Counted from the first letter of the stretch, positions 24,592 through 34,580 are shown. The stretch is 59,861 nucleotides of DNA from Candidatus Giovannonibacteria bacterium (GCA_030699445.1 JAUYMO010000023.1:1-59861); one strand, 5' to 3'. Program-made: numbers and translations. The notes: generated from the sequence alone by a model not told the origin.

Positions 24592-25263
24592 ATGAGATTT
24601 GCTAAAGGCGAGTTTTATCACATTTACAATCGCGGGGTTGAAGGAAGAAATATTTTTATGGAAAGAGCGGATTATTTGCGATTCCTTCGCGGCTTAAAAG
24701 AATTTAACATTAATGGCAATACGAGGTTAGATCGCACAGCCGCTGCTGACGAGATGCGACCTCGTTCTCGTCAGAAACACACAGCATTAACATCAATTCT
24801 TGCCTATGTTTTGATGAAAAATCATATACATTTGTTGTTATATTGTATAAACGAAGAAAAGATGTCGCTTTTTCTGCAAAAAATTTTTGTTGGGCACACA
24901 ATGTACTTTAATACAAAATATCAAAGAACAGGCGTTCTCTTTCAGGGTAGATCAAAGTCTAAACATATTGACGACGATCACTATTTAAAACATCTAATTG
25001 ATTATATCCATTTAAATCCCTTAGATTATTCAATGCCCCAATGGCGAGAACACGGCATTAAAAATAGTTTGAGCACCAAAAACGAAATATTAAATTATCC
25101 ATGGTCAAGCGCAAAAAGCATAATAAATAACAAACCTAATCCGATTTTAAATGGAGAATTGGTCCGAGAGCTATTTCCTCATCCAAAAGAACTTTTAACG
25201 TCAGCGCTAGAATGGTCTTCAGAAAAATTTGAAGACGCAGCCGGCCTTTTAATTGAGCCTTAA
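24592..25263 (+). CDS. IS200/RAYT-like HUH Y1 transposase family protein (paralog 2)
   Basis: YHIYNRG, an HUH motif (KNHIHL) and HLIDYIHLNP. Same 223-aa length as paralog 1 but strongly diverged. Confidence 0.75.
   Translation: MRFAKGEFYHIYNRGVEGRNIFMERADYLRFLRGLKEFNINGNTRLDRTAAADEMRPRSRQKHTALTSILAYVLMKNHIHLLLYCINEEKMSLFLQKIFVGHTMYFNTKYQRTGVLFQGRSKSKHIDDDHYLKHLIDYIHLNPLDYSMPQWREHGIKNSLSTKNEILNYPWSSAKSIINNKPNPILNGELVRELFPHPKELLTSALEWSSEKFEDAAGLLIEP
24748..24765 (+). repeat. same hairpin, copy B' (inside the ORF, near codon 53)
   Basis: Translated as DEMRPRS. It also forms GACGAGA...TCTCGTC. Confidence 0.7.
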
Positions 25264-26136
25264 CTAACGTGACGAGGTCGCACCTCGTCGGCGGGCATGA
25301 AAAGCTTTATGGACTTCTTTTAATTGTTTGTCGGTAAAATGTGTGTAGATTTGCGTGGTGGAAATGTTGGAGTGGCCGAGCATAATCTGGACCGAACGGA
25401 GGTCGGCTCCGTTTTGCAATAAATCTGTGGCAAAAGCGTGGCGCAGGACATGCGGGGTGACTTTTTTGGCGATGCCCGCCTTAATCGCGTATTTTTTTAT
25501 CATTCGCTGGATTGAGCGCGGTGTCATCGGAAATAATTTATCGTTATCCACACTGCCGCGCTTTTCTAAATATTTTTTGATGGCCTCTTTGGCGCGGTCG
25601 GACAAAAAGACAACCCTAATCTTCCCGCCCTTTCCGCGGACGGAAAATTCGTCGCGTTTTAAATTAACATTATCAATTTTTAAATTGCAAAGCTCCGAAA
25701 TACGGAGTCCGGTTGAAAAAAAGAGTTCCAAAATCGCTTTGTCTCTTAAAATTTTCGCGGACTCGCCCTTGGGAGAGTCCAGCAATCTTTCCAAGTCGGC
25801 AATATCCAAAAGGTCTAATTCTCGCTGGGGAAGCTTGGCGAGCTCAATTTTTTCGGCATCCAGCGAATCAATATCTCTTTTCGCAAGATATTTCAAAAAC
25901 ATCCGGAGCGCGATGACATAATAATTCTGCGTATTTTTGTCCAAGTTCGCGCGGTTAAGATAAAGCCGGTATTTTCTTACTAACTCTTCGGTAATCTGGC
26001 CAGCAGAATCAATTTTTGAAAATTCAAAAAACCTTTTTAAATACCTGTCATAATTTTCTACAGTCTTCACGGCTCTCCCTTTTTCAATCTCTAGATATTC
26101 AAGAAACTCCTTCTTTAATTTTGCGACACTTTCCAT
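25264..26136 (-). CDS. tyrosine recombinase XerC/XerD family
   Basis: [31 protein letters not shown] and [14 protein letters not shown]. Confidence 0.88.
   Translation of the reverse strand: MESVAKLKKEFLEYLEIEKGRAVKTVENYDRYLKRFFEFSKIDSAGQITEELVRKYRLYLNRANLDKNTQNYYVIALRMFLKYLAKRDIDSLDAEKIELAKLPQRELDLLDIADLERLLDSPKGESAKILRDKAILELFFSTGLRISELCNLKIDNVNLKRDEFSVRGKGGKIRVVFLSDRAKEAIKKYLEKRGSVDNDKLFPMTPRSIQRMIKKYAIKAGIAKKVTPHVLRHAFATDLLQNGADLRSVQIMLGHSNISTTQIYTHFTDKQLKEVHKAFHARRRGATSSR
25271..25289 (-). repeat. same hairpin, copy C' (inverted, perfect 8-bp stem)
   Basis: GACGAGGT-CGC-ACCTCGTC, 8 nt after the RAYT-like stop. It encodes the last residues (RRGATSS) of the convergent xer gene. Confidence 0.7.
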
Positions 26137-26174
26137 ATTTTGATATTATCACACTTTATGCTATATTAAGTTCA

Positions 26175-26441
26175 ATGCTTAAATCCAAAGATAAAAAGAA
26201 GATAGTGGAGGCGCACCAAGTGCACGAAAAAGACACCGGCTCCGCCGAAGTGCAGGTGGCTTTGCTTTCCAAAAAAATTGACGAACTCACGGGCCATCTC
26301 AAAAAACACGCCAAAGACAACCATTCCAGAAGGGGGCTTTTGAAGATGGTTTCCAAAAGAAAAAAGTTTTTGGAATATTTATCAAAAACAAATAAACCAG
26401 GATACGAAAAACTTATTAAAAAATTAGGATTAAGAAAATAA
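26175..26441 (+). CDS. rpsO: 30S ribosomal protein S15
   Basis: [48 protein letters not shown]. The longer ORF from 26016 was rejected. Confidence 0.9.
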   Translation: MLKSKDKKKIVEAHQVHEKDTGSAEVQVALLSKKIDELTGHLKKHAKDNHSRRGLLKMVSKRKKFLEYLSKTNKPGYEKLIKKLGLRK

Positions 26442-26947
26442 TGCCGGACATCAAACATAAAAATCAGAGGGTCGCGGTTTTCATAGACGCGCAGAATCTT
26501 TACCATTCGGCGCGAAGCTTATTCGGCGGGCGGGTGAATTTTAAAAATCTTCTGGCAGCGGCAGTGGGCGGAAGGCAATTAATCCGCGCTTTCGGATATG
26601 TGATAAGCACAAAAACCGGAGAGGAAAAGCCGTTTTTTGAAGCGCTTATAAAACTTGGCATTGAAACGCGCGAAAAGGAGCTTCAGGAATTTTTCGGCGG
26701 GGCGAAAAAAGCGGATTGGGATGTGGGGCTCGCGGTGGACGCAATCCGCACGGCGGAAATTGTGGACACGGTTGTCATCGCCTCCGGCGACGGCGATTTT
26801 ATCCCATTGGTTGAATATTTAAAAAATCAGGGCAGGCGCGTTGAAGTCATCGCTTTTGGCAGGTCTTCTTCCGGAAAACTCAAAGAAGCGGTGGACGAAT
26901 TCATTGACTTGGGCGAAGAACCGGGGAAATACATCATTAAAAAATAA
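26441..26947 (+). CDS. NYN/LabA-like domain protein
   Basis: VAVFIDAQNLYHSAR and VVIASGDGDFIPLVEYLK. Its ATG overlaps the rpsO stop (TAATG). Confidence 0.8.
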   Translation: MPDIKHKNQRVAVFIDAQNLYHSARSLFGGRVNFKNLLAAAVGGRQLIRAFGYVISTKTGEEKPFFEALIKLGIETREKELQEFFGGAKKADWDVGLAVDAIRTAEIVDTVVIASGDGDFIPLVEYLKNQGRRVEVIAFGRSSSGKLKEAVDEFIDLGEEPGKYIIKK

Positions 26948-27069
26948 CTCACCCCAAAACTCACATACATCGTTTTGTTACGATCGGAAGAAAATGATGT
27001 ATGTATAAAATTAAAAAAAACATGAAATAAAAAAAACCGCCGGGATTTCCGGATGGCTTAACGCTCTTG

Positions 27070-27249
27070 TCAGTTAATTGCCAAAAAGACAAACCAGAAA
27101 CCCCAAATTTCCAAAATCCACGCGAAACCGCCCATAAAATCCGCATTGTCGTTACCAAGCCTTCGTTTAATTGTATCGGCAAAGTAAAAATCTATGACAG
27201 GTAGGGCCAAGAAAACAAGTGCGAATAATATCGCAATCACATTATACAT
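27070..27249 (-). CDS. 59-aa small membrane protein
   Basis: aggggg SD. MYNVIAILFALVFLALPVIDFYF...FAWILEIWGFWFVFLAIN. Below the ORF-track cutoff. Confidence 0.3.
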   Translation of the reverse strand: MYNVIAILFALVFLALPVIDFYFADTIKRRLGNDNADFMGGFAWILEIWGFWFVFLAIN

Positions 27250-27339
27250 CCCAACACCCCCTTTTTGCTTTTAAGCTTATTATACTCTCAAAATCTTGTC
27301 AATAGTGACAATTTTGGGCGGGTAAGATAGGATTTTAAT

Positions 27340-27627
27340 ATGGTCACTCAAACCATAACAATAATTCCTAAAAAAATAACTGGAGGGCGAGAAGATATGG
27401 TTCTTTTGCCGCGCAGTGAGTTTGAAAAAATTCAAGAACGGCTGCAGAAGATGCCTTCATTAAAAGGTTACGAAACCGCAAACTACAAAAAAAAACAGTT
27501 TCGAGTTCCCGTTTATCAACTAAACGATAGGGCCGCGGCGCGTTTGGATAAAAATGTAAAAAGGGCATTGCAAGAATATAAAGCTGGGAAATTAACTCCT
27601 ATCCGGTCACTTGCTGATATAAAATAA
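27340..27627 (+). CDS. putative antitoxin (95 aa)
   Basis: It lies directly upstream of a RelE/YafQ-like ORF with a 5-nt gap. No motif recognised; the call rests on position only. Confidence 0.4.
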   Translation: MVTQTITIIPKKITGGREDMVLLPRSEFEKIQERLQKMPSLKGYETANYKKKQFRVPVYQLNDRAAARLDKNVKRALQEYKAGKLTPIRSLADIK

Positions 27628-27632
27628 TCAGC

Positions 27633-27893
27633 ATGAAAATTTATCTATCTTCTAATTTTGTAAGAAAATTTAAAAAACTCCCCGAAAACATAAAAGAAAA
27701 AGCCCGCAATCGCGAGGCAATTTTTAAATTAAACCCATTCGACCCTAGATTAGAAACGCACAAGCTTCACGGCAAACAAAGTAGCGAATGGGCCTATTCA
27801 ATTGATTACGGCTATCGCATAGCATTCGTTCTTCTAAAACATGGCGATGTGCTATACACCGATGTCGGCACGCACAACGAAGTTTATACATAA
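27633..27893 (+). CDS. RelE/ParE/YafQ-family type II toxin
   Basis: 86 aa. KKLPENIKEKA...NPFDPRLETHKLHGK...YRIAF...VGTHNEVY matches the family pattern. Confidence 0.65.
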   Translation: MKIYLSSNFVRKFKKLPENIKEKARNREAIFKLNPFDPRLETHKLHGKQSSEWAYSIDYGYRIAFVLLKHGDVLYTDVGTHNEVYT

Positions 27894-28038
27894 TAAAGCG
27901 TGGTTTTGCGGTGGCAGCTTTTGACATTTTTGCATCAATAATATAGTATCTAGAGTATTATTAATTAACATTGTTGGCCTTTGGATAGGTAGTCCGTGCG
28001 AAAACGCGGCCTAAAATCTGGAGGCCAGCCCAAGAAAT

Positions 28039-30207
28039 ATGCAATCAAAAAAATTTACGACGGAAGTCGGCGGAAGAACTCTTACCGCCGAATTTACTGA
28101 TTTAGCCCACCAAGCCAACGGGTCTTGTTTGCTCACTTACGGAGACACGGTTGTTTTAGCGACCGCCGTGCAAAATAAATCCATGCGCGAAGGAATAGAT
28201 TTTTTCCCGCTCACGGTTGACTACGAAGAGAAATTTTACGCCGCGGGGATGATTTTGGGCTCGCGTTTTATGCGCCGGGAGGGAAGAGCGTCGGACGAGG
28301 CAATTTTGGTTTCGCGCCTGATTGACCGCTCAATCCGCCCGTTATTTAACCAAAAAACCAGAAACGAAACGCAGGTAATTGTGCTCACCCTTTCTATTGA
28401 TGAAGATAACGACCCTGATTTGCTCGCGATTTTGGCGACATCTTTGGCGCTCGGCACTTCTAATATTCCTTGGGCTGGACCGATTGGCGCGGTGAGAATT
28501 GGCAAGGTGGATGGGAAGCTTGTTATAAACCCTGCTTATAAAGACCGCGAGGGCACGCCTTTGGACACGGTAATTTGTGGGATGAACGGCAAGGTCAATA
28601 TGATTGAAGCGGCCGCTCTTGAAATTTCTGAAAATGAAATGGCAGACGCACTCGCGCTCGCCGCCGCTGAAAACGACAAGCTTTGCGAATTTCAAAATAA
28701 AATCATAAAAGAAGTCGGCGTTCCGAAAGCGGAAATTAAAATCGCCGAAGCGCCGCCGGACATGCAAGCGGAATTCCGGAAAAAAATCGCGCCGAAACTT
28801 GAAGAAACAATTTACATCAAAGAAAAACTCAACCGCTACGAAGCGATGAACGCGCTAAAAGACCAGTGGCTGGAAGAATGCGAAGAAAATTTCGCCGACA
28901 CTCCGCATAATATCGCCGATTCTCTTTTTGAAGACGAAATTAACGACATTGTGCACAAAAATATTATAGAAAAAGAAAAGCGGCCTGACGGCAGAGGAAT
29001 AAAAGATTTGCGAGCGCTTTTCGCTAAAGCCGGAATTCTTCCGCGGACGCACGGCTCGGGAGTTTTTTACCGCGGAGAAACGCATATTCTTTCGGTGGCA
29101 ACGCTTGGCGCGCCATCGGACGTGCAGCTGATTGAAGGAATGGAAGTGCGCGCCAAAAAAAGATTCATGCACCACTATAATTTCCCTCCGTTTTCGGTGG
29201 GCGAAATAAAACCCATGCGCGGCCCCGGACGGAGAGATATCGGCCACGGAGCTTTGGGAGAAAAGGCCTTGCTCGCTGTGATTCCTCCCGTTGAAATTTT
29301 TCCATACACAATCCGCGTGGTTTCGGAAACGCTTTCGTCAAACGGCTCATCTTCAATGGGCTCGGTAACGGCCGGCTCGTTAGCGCTGATGGACGCGGGC
29401 GTGCCAATTAAAGCGCCTGTTTCCGGAATCGCCATGGGATTAATGTTAAAAGACGAAAACAATTACAAAGTTTTGACTGATATCCAAGGGCCGGAAGACC
29501 ATCACGGAGACATGGATTTTAAAGTCGCCGGCACAAAAGACGGAATCACCGCGGTGCAAATGGACGTGAAATTGGACGGGATACCGCTAAAAATATTGGG
29601 AGAGGCGTTTTTACAGGCAAAAGAAGCTCGCATTCAAATTTTGGAAGTCGTAACAAAAGAACTTCCCAAACACCGCGACGAACTTTCTCCTTACGCGCCG
29701 AGAATTTTAACCTTGCATATAAATCCGGATAAAATCCGCGACGTCATCGGTCCGGGAGGCAAGATGATTCAGTCAATCGTCGCCGAAACCGGCGCGGAAA
29801 TTGATATTGAGCAGGATGGAACCATTTTTATTACTTCGCCTAGCCAGGAAAGTTTGAAAGCGGCGGAAAATAAAATTATGTCGCTAACAAAAGAATTTGA
29901 AATCGGCGAAACATTCACCGGAACGGTCACAAGAATTTTTCCTTTCGGAGCAATGGTTGAAATCGCGCCGAAGCAGGAAGGGCTCGTGCACATTTCGGAG
30001 TTGGCGCCCTTCCGCGTAAACCAGGTCACGGATGTAGTTTCCCCCGGAGACGAAGTGCCGGTGAAAGTCATCGGAATTGACGACCAGGGGAGAGTCAACC
30101 TTTCAATAAAAGCGATAAAAGAATTGCCATTAAAATCGCATGACCAGCGCCGCGCCGGAGAAGACGAAGCCAGAAAACAAGCTCAAAGGAGACCGCCTAG
30201 GAGATAG
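28039..30207 (+). CDS. pnp: polyribonucleotide nucleotidyltransferase (PNPase)
   Basis: Two RNase PH domains (RPDGR, GHGALGEKAL, SNGSSSMGSV, EDHHGDMDFKVAGT), a KH domain (GPGGKMIQ) and an S1 domain. Confidence 0.95.
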   Translation: MQSKKFTTEVGGRTLTAEFTDLAHQANGSCLLTYGDTVVLATAVQNKSMREGIDFFPLTVDYEEKFYAAGMILGSRFMRREGRASDEAILVSRLIDRSIRPLFNQKTRNETQVIVLTLSIDEDNDPDLLAILATSLALGTSNIPWAGPIGAVRIGKVDGKLVINPAYKDREGTPLDTVICGMNGKVNMIEAAALEISENEMADALALAAAENDKLCEFQNKIIKEVGVPKAEIKIAEAPPDMQAEFRKKIAPKLEETIYIKEKLNRYEAMNALKDQWLEECEENFADTPHNIADSLFEDEINDIVHKNIIEKEKRPDGRGIKDLRALFAKAGILPRTHGSGVFYRGETHILSVATLGAPSDVQLIEGMEVRAKKRFMHHYNFPPFSVGEIKPMRGPGRRDIGHGALGEKALLAVIPPVEIFPYTIRVVSETLSSNGSSSMGSVTAGSLALMDAGVPIKAPVSGIAMGLMLKDENNYKVLTDIQGPEDHHGDMDFKVAGTKDGITAVQMDVKLDGIPLKILGEAFLQAKEARIQILEVVTKELPKHRDELSPYAPRILTLHINPDKIRDVIGPGGKMIQSIVAETGAEIDIEQDGTIFITSPSQESLKAAENKIMSLTKEFEIGETFTGTVTRIFPFGAMVEIAPKQEGLVHISELAPFRVNQVTDVVSPGDEVPVKVIGIDDQGRVNLSIKAIKELPLKSHDQRRAGEDEARKQAQRRPPRR

Positions 30208-30224
30208 CCATGTTAAAATAAATT

Positions 30225-31082
30225 ATGGCCGACGAGCCAAAAAAAATTCCAAATATAAGGACGCTAAAAACCGACGCCGAGATTTTTATGAAAGAGAAAC
30301 AAATCTCGCAGCTGGATATCGCGCGCGGGGCATACAGAGCCGGCAGAGATGTCCCGCGAACCGTCCCGGCGCAAAGTTTTAACTATAAAATAATAATTTT
30401 CGCGGGGCTTGCCGTGCTTATCGTGGGACTGGCGATTTTTTTCGCTTTCAGATTATTTTTTCCGGCCACTCCCGCCCCGCAAAGCGGGGCTGAAAAACCG
30501 ACCGCTAATTTTTTGCCGGTGGACGGAACCAAAGAAATAATATTTTCCGAAGCCAATCCGGGCGCGCTCTTAAGTGCGCTTTTGGAGGAGCGCGTAAAAA
30601 ATCTCCGCTTTGACACAGCGGTTTATTTGCCGATAAAAATCCTTAAAAACACCGGAGAAGAAAAATTTTTGGCGGCTCCGGATTTGGCGCGTTCGCTCGC
30701 CTGGCAGGCGCCGGCGGAATTTTTGGGCAATCTTCAGCCAGATTTCAATCTGCTCGCCGTTTACGGGCAAAATTCACGGGATATCGCGGTAATTTTAAAA
30801 ATAAAAAATTTCCCGAGCGCTTTAGCGTCGCTCTTTAATTGGGAAAAAACAATATGGCAAGATTTTAAACCATTTTTACAGACAGAGGATATAAAAAATA
30901 TTTCCCAATTCGCTTTCGCGGATGATTTAATAAAAAATAACGACGCGAGGGTCTTAAAAAATTCCCAAGGTAAAATAATTCTGGGATATTCAATTTTCAA
31001 CCACCAATATGTAATCATCTCCACCTCCCGCGAGGCGCTCTCAACAATCCTAGACCGCCTCATCGCTTTACCGCCAAGATAG
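30225..31082 (+). CDS. hypothetical membrane-anchored protein (285 aa)
   Basis: One TM helix (IIIFAGLAVLIVGLAIFFAF). No family recognised. Confidence 0.5.
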   Translation: MADEPKKIPNIRTLKTDAEIFMKEKQISQLDIARGAYRAGRDVPRTVPAQSFNYKIIIFAGLAVLIVGLAIFFAFRLFFPATPAPQSGAEKPTANFLPVDGTKEIIFSEANPGALLSALLEERVKNLRFDTAVYLPIKILKNTGEEKFLAAPDLARSLAWQAPAEFLGNLQPDFNLLAVYGQNSRDIAVILKIKNFPSALASLFNWEKTIWQDFKPFLQTEDIKNISQFAFADDLIKNNDARVLKNSQGKIILGYSIFNHQYVIISTSREALSTILDRLIALPPR

Positions 31083-31090
31083 TAGAGGTA

Positions 31091-31119
31091 TTGACACGCA
31101 ACCAAAAGGGTGCTATACT
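31091..31119 (+). promoter_or_regulatory. sigma-70-type promoter (TTGACA-17-TATACT)
   Basis: It shares ggtgctatact with the 3903 and 4681 promoters. Confidence 0.6.
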
Positions 31120-31172
31120 CTAAATTAGAACTAGAAAAATAGGCTCAGCAAATAAACTAAAGGAGGAGAGCT

Positions 31173-31571
31173 ATGGGACTAGACTTGACTCTGCTTCCCC
31201 TTGAGGGACCGAGAGAAATGGGCAACACATACGTACTCTGCCACGATCGCTTGAGCTTTGATCGCGCTTACGCCATCTTCGGGCAATTGACCGATTTATC
31301 CTATATTCGAGAGGGTGGACGGAGCGATATTCCGGAGAAGCCAACAATCAAGGCGCATCCGATTCCGCCGCAGATGTGGGTAAGGACCTACGAGGACGAG
31401 GGCATCGAGAAAACAAGAGAGGACAAGTATGGCGACGAGCTGGTGTTTGTCTACGCCCAGCAACTCAAGAAGCTGAAGATGCCAGACGATGCCTCGCCTA
31501 AGAACAAAGCCATCAAGGCTTTCGTGAACGCTCTCCCCGACGACACGCCCATAATCCTTTATTGGTCTTGA
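31173..31571 (+). CDS. hypothetical protein (132 aa), orphan
   Basis: aaaggaggag SD and a terminator hairpin at about 31592-31635. It looks more GC-rich than its neighbours by eye. Confidence 0.5.
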   Translation: MGLDLTLLPLEGPREMGNTYVLCHDRLSFDRAYAIFGQLTDLSYIREGGRSDIPEKPTIKAHPIPPQMWVRTYEDEGIEKTREDKYGDELVFVYAQQLKKLKMPDDASPKNKAIKAFVNALPDDTPIILYWS

Positions 31572-31682
31572 GATGCGCTGTTAGTTCAATTGTGAGCCGG
31601 AATGATCAAGTGATCGTTTCGGCTCATTTCTTTTTGTAACAATTTGCCTCCGAGATAAAATTTTGATAAAGTATAAAGAAAT

Positions 31683-31895
31683 ATGATTATTTTTACTGAC
31701 CACGCGCTTAGGCGGATGCGTGAAAGGAAAATTTCTAAAGCGCAAGTTAGCATGGTATTAGAGCATCCGGAATCTGCGGAATCAGAAGAAGGTAATATTA
31801 AAATACTTCGTAAAAAATTTGAAAACAGGGCTTTGGAGATAGTTATTGAAACTGGCAAAAACAAAATTATCGTGGTAACATTATATTGGTTATGA
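31683..31895 (+). CDS. DUF4258-like toxin candidate
   Basis: IIFTDHALRRMRERKIS...VVTLY pattern. It overlaps the next ORF. Confidence 0.55.
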   Translation: MIIFTDHALRRMRERKISKAQVSMVLEHPESAESEEGNIKILRKKFENRALEIVIETGKNKIIVVTLYWL

Positions 31896-32101
31896 AAATA
31901 CAATACGACAAACAAGCCGATGCCTTATACATCTATATCGGCGAAGGTAAAATAAAAAAGACCGTCAAAGCCGGTAAAAATACTCTGATTGATTTTGGAG
32001 AAAAAGACCGGGTTCTTGGAGTTGAATTTTATAAAATCTCCCGCTCCGCGCCGCAAGAAAAATTGCAAAGCATATCCGTGGAATTACCGGTTCACGCTTA
32101 A
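31892..32101 (+). CDS. DUF2283-like antitoxin candidate
   Basis: MKIQYDKQADALYIYI...LGVEF pattern. ATGA-type overlap with the preceding ORF. Confidence 0.55.
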   Translation: MKIQYDKQADALYIYIGEGKIKKTVKAGKNTLIDFGEKDRVLGVEFYKISRSAPQEKLQSISVELPVHA

Positions 32102-32103
32102 TT

Positions 32104-32463
32104 ATGGCACTGGATTTAGATTATTTTAGAAAACAATTGGAGGAAGAAAAAACGCGGTTGGAGGGGGAGTTATCAACAATCGCGCATAGGAATCCGGACG
32201 CGCCGGAGGATTGGACCGTGAGCCAGCCAGATATGAATGTTATGCCTGCCGCCAAAGAAGAGGTCGCGGACGTTGAAGAAGAATTGGAAAACGCGGCAAG
32301 CGTGGAATATAATTTGGAATCCCGCTTGCGGGATATTAATGAAGTGCTTGAGAAAATGCGCCAGGGAAAATACGGCGTCTGCGCCGTCGGTGGCGAGTTA
32401 ATTGACGAAGCAAGATTGCGCGCCAACCCAGCGGCGATTACTTGCGTAAAACACGCCAAATAA
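32104..32463 (+). CDS. DksA/TraR-family protein with a degenerate zinc finger
   Basis: Coiled-coil N-terminus. The C-terminal YGVCAVGGELIDEARLRANPAAITCVKH keeps only 2 of the 4 Cys positions. Confidence 0.55.
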   Translation: MALDLDYFRKQLEEEKTRLEGELSTIAHRNPDAPEDWTVSQPDMNVMPAAKEEVADVEEELENAASVEYNLESRLRDINEVLEKMRQGKYGVCAVGGELIDEARLRANPAAITCVKHAK

Positions 32464-32464
32464 T

Positions 32465-33049
32465 ATGTTTCAAATAGACCAAAAATTTCCGCATTTTTCT
32501 TTGGAGACATATAATCCGAAAAAGGATGAAGTGGGTAAAATTACCTTGAAAGACTTCGAAGAGGCCTGGTTAGTATTATTTTTTTATCCTGCGGATTTTA
32601 CATTTGTCTGCCCCACGGAACTTTTGGATTTAAACAAGCGGCATGAAGATTTCGCGAAAGAAAAAGCGGAGCTCGTCGGCGTCTCAACCGACACAGTTTT
32701 CACGCACAAGGCCTGGATTGAAACGGAAGAACTTTTGAAGGGCTTAAAATATCCGTTGGCGGCTGACCATAACGGAAAATTTTCAAGAGAACTTGGAATT
32801 TATGACGAAAATAACGGCATGGCCCAGCGCGCGGTTTTTATAATTGACCCGGACGGTATTTTGCGCGCCGTTGAGATTGTGGCGGACGCAATCGGCAGAA
32901 ATGCGTCCGAAATTTTGAGGAAATTAAAAGCTCTAAACTTCGTCCGCAAAAATCCCGGCCACGTCTGCCCTGCCTCTTGGGATGAAGGCGCGCAGACCCT
33001 ACAACCATCAATTAAAAAAGCAGGTAAGGTTTACAAAGAATGGCAGTAA
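32465..33049 (+). CDS. peroxiredoxin (2-Cys Prx/AhpC family)
   Basis: FFYPADFTFVCPTEL, and a resolving Cys in VCPASW. Confidence 0.9.
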   Translation: MFQIDQKFPHFSLETYNPKKDEVGKITLKDFEEAWLVLFFYPADFTFVCPTELLDLNKRHEDFAKEKAELVGVSTDTVFTHKAWIETEELLKGLKYPLAADHNGKFSRELGIYDENNGMAQRAVFIIDPDGILRAVEIVADAIGRNASEILRKLKALNFVRKNPGHVCPASWDEGAQTLQPSIKKAGKVYKEWQ

Positions 33050-34569
33050 AACTCCATTCGGCGGAAGTTGTTGGTTTGGAGGGAAAAATTATTGACGTGG
33101 AAATTGATCTCTCGCGCGGACTTTTTAGTTTCGCGATTGTGGGGCTCGCGGATAAGGCAATCGCCGAATCCAAAGAAAGAGTCTCCGCGGCGATAAAAAG
33201 CCTCGGGGCCAAGCCGCCTAACCAAAAAAACCAGCGAGTCACGATTTCTCTGGCTCCGGCGGATTTAAAAAAGGAAGGGCCGGCTTTTGATTTGCCCATA
33301 GCGCTTTCCTACCTTTTGGCCTCCAAACAAGCAAATTTTGAAACAAAAAATAAAATTTTTCTGGGCGAGCTCGCTTTAGATGGCGCCCTTCGCCCAATAA
33401 AGGGCTCTTTGGCCCTTGCCGAAACCGCCAAAAAGAAAGGATTTTCCGAAATATTTTTGCCCGCGGGAAACGGCGCCGAAGCGTCTTTAATTGAGGGCAT
33501 AAAAGTTTTTGAAGCCGCTTCTCTGGAGGAAATTTTAAACCATCTGGAAAATAAAGTTTTAATAAAAGAATTCCCGCCGACAAAATTTATAAAATCAGAA
33601 TTTTCTTTCACGACGGATTTTTCCGACATCCGCGGGCAGGAATCCGCAAAAAGGGGGTTAGAAATCGCGGCGGCGGGCTCGCATAACGCTCTTATGATAG
33701 GCCCGCCGGGCACGGGAAAAACCATGCTGGCGCGGGCGTTTTCCACAATTTTACCTCCGCTTTCCCGCGACGAAGCGCTGGAGGTCACAAAAATACATTC
33801 CATATCGGGCGCTTTGAAAGAAAATGAAACTTTAATCAGAGAGCGCCCTTTTAGAAATCCGCATCATACGTCTTCTTACATTTCGTTAGTCGGCGGAGGC
33901 AGTTATCCAAAGCCCGGAGAAATAACTTTGGCCCACAGGGGAGTTTTATTTTTAGACGAGTTCGCGGAATTTGAAAGGCGGGTGATTGAAGTTTTGCGCC
34001 AGCCACTGGAAGATAAAGTGGTAACAGTTGCCCGCGCTAAAGCCACCCTGACTTTCCCGGCGCAAATTATGCTGATTTTGGCGATGAACCCATGCCCTTG
34101 CGGAAATTTGGGTTCCAATAAAACCTGCATCTGCCCAACCTCGGCCATCAATCGTTATCAAAGAAAAATTTCCGGGCCGATTGTTGACCGGATTGATTTG
34201 TGGCTGGGTGTTTACGGCATTGAACATAAAAAATTGGAAGACGACCCGCCGGGAACCAGAAGAGAAAAGTCGGATGAAATACGCAAGCGCGTTGAGTATG
34301 CGCGGGAAACCCAGAAAAAAAGATTTGCCGGAAGCAAAATTATGACCAACTCTGAAATGTCCGTTCGAGATATTAAAAAATATTGCGTTTTGGACGACGA
34401 ATCAAAATCAATTTTACAGCAAGCCGCCGCTCGGCTGGATTTATCTCCGCGTTCTTACCACCGCGTCATCAAACTCGCCCGCACCATCGCCGATCTGGAA
34501 AACACAAAAGAAATAAAAAAAGAACATTTGCTGGAAGCTTTACAATACCGCCCGAAACAATTGGTATAA
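33040..34569 (+). CDS. comM: YifB/ComM Mg-chelatase-like AAA+ ATPase
   Basis: Lon-like N-terminal domain, Walker A (GPPGTGKT), LFLDEF, a CPCG..C.C motif and C-terminal SPRSYHRVIKLARTIADLE. Confidence 0.9.
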   Translation: MAVKLHSAEVVGLEGKIIDVEIDLSRGLFSFAIVGLADKAIAESKERVSAAIKSLGAKPPNQKNQRVTISLAPADLKKEGPAFDLPIALSYLLASKQANFETKNKIFLGELALDGALRPIKGSLALAETAKKKGFSEIFLPAGNGAEASLIEGIKVFEAASLEEILNHLENKVLIKEFPPTKFIKSEFSFTTDFSDIRGQESAKRGLEIAAAGSHNALMIGPPGTGKTMLARAFSTILPPLSRDEALEVTKIHSISGALKENETLIRERPFRNPHHTSSYISLVGGGSYPKPGEITLAHRGVLFLDEFAEFERRVIEVLRQPLEDKVVTVARAKATLTFPAQIMLILAMNPCPCGNLGSNKTCICPTSAINRYQRKISGPIVDRIDLWLGVYGIEHKKLEDDPPGTRREKSDEIRKRVEYARETQKKRFAGSKIMTNSEMSVRDIKKYCVLDDESKSILQQAAARLDLSPRSYHRVIKLARTIADLENTKEIKKEHLLEALQYRPKQLV

Positions 34570-34580
34570 AACAAAAGAAA

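Noticed and set aside
25355-25921. 188-aa plus-strand ORF antisense to the xer recombinase
   Set aside because: The Xer frame carries all the tyrosine-recombinase motifs. The antisense ORF has no recognisable features or expression signals.
26016-26174. N-terminal extension of the rpsO ORF (track start 26016)
   Set aside because: The extension overlaps the xer 5' region and promoter and does not resemble S15. The canonical S15 sequence begins at the ATG at 26175.
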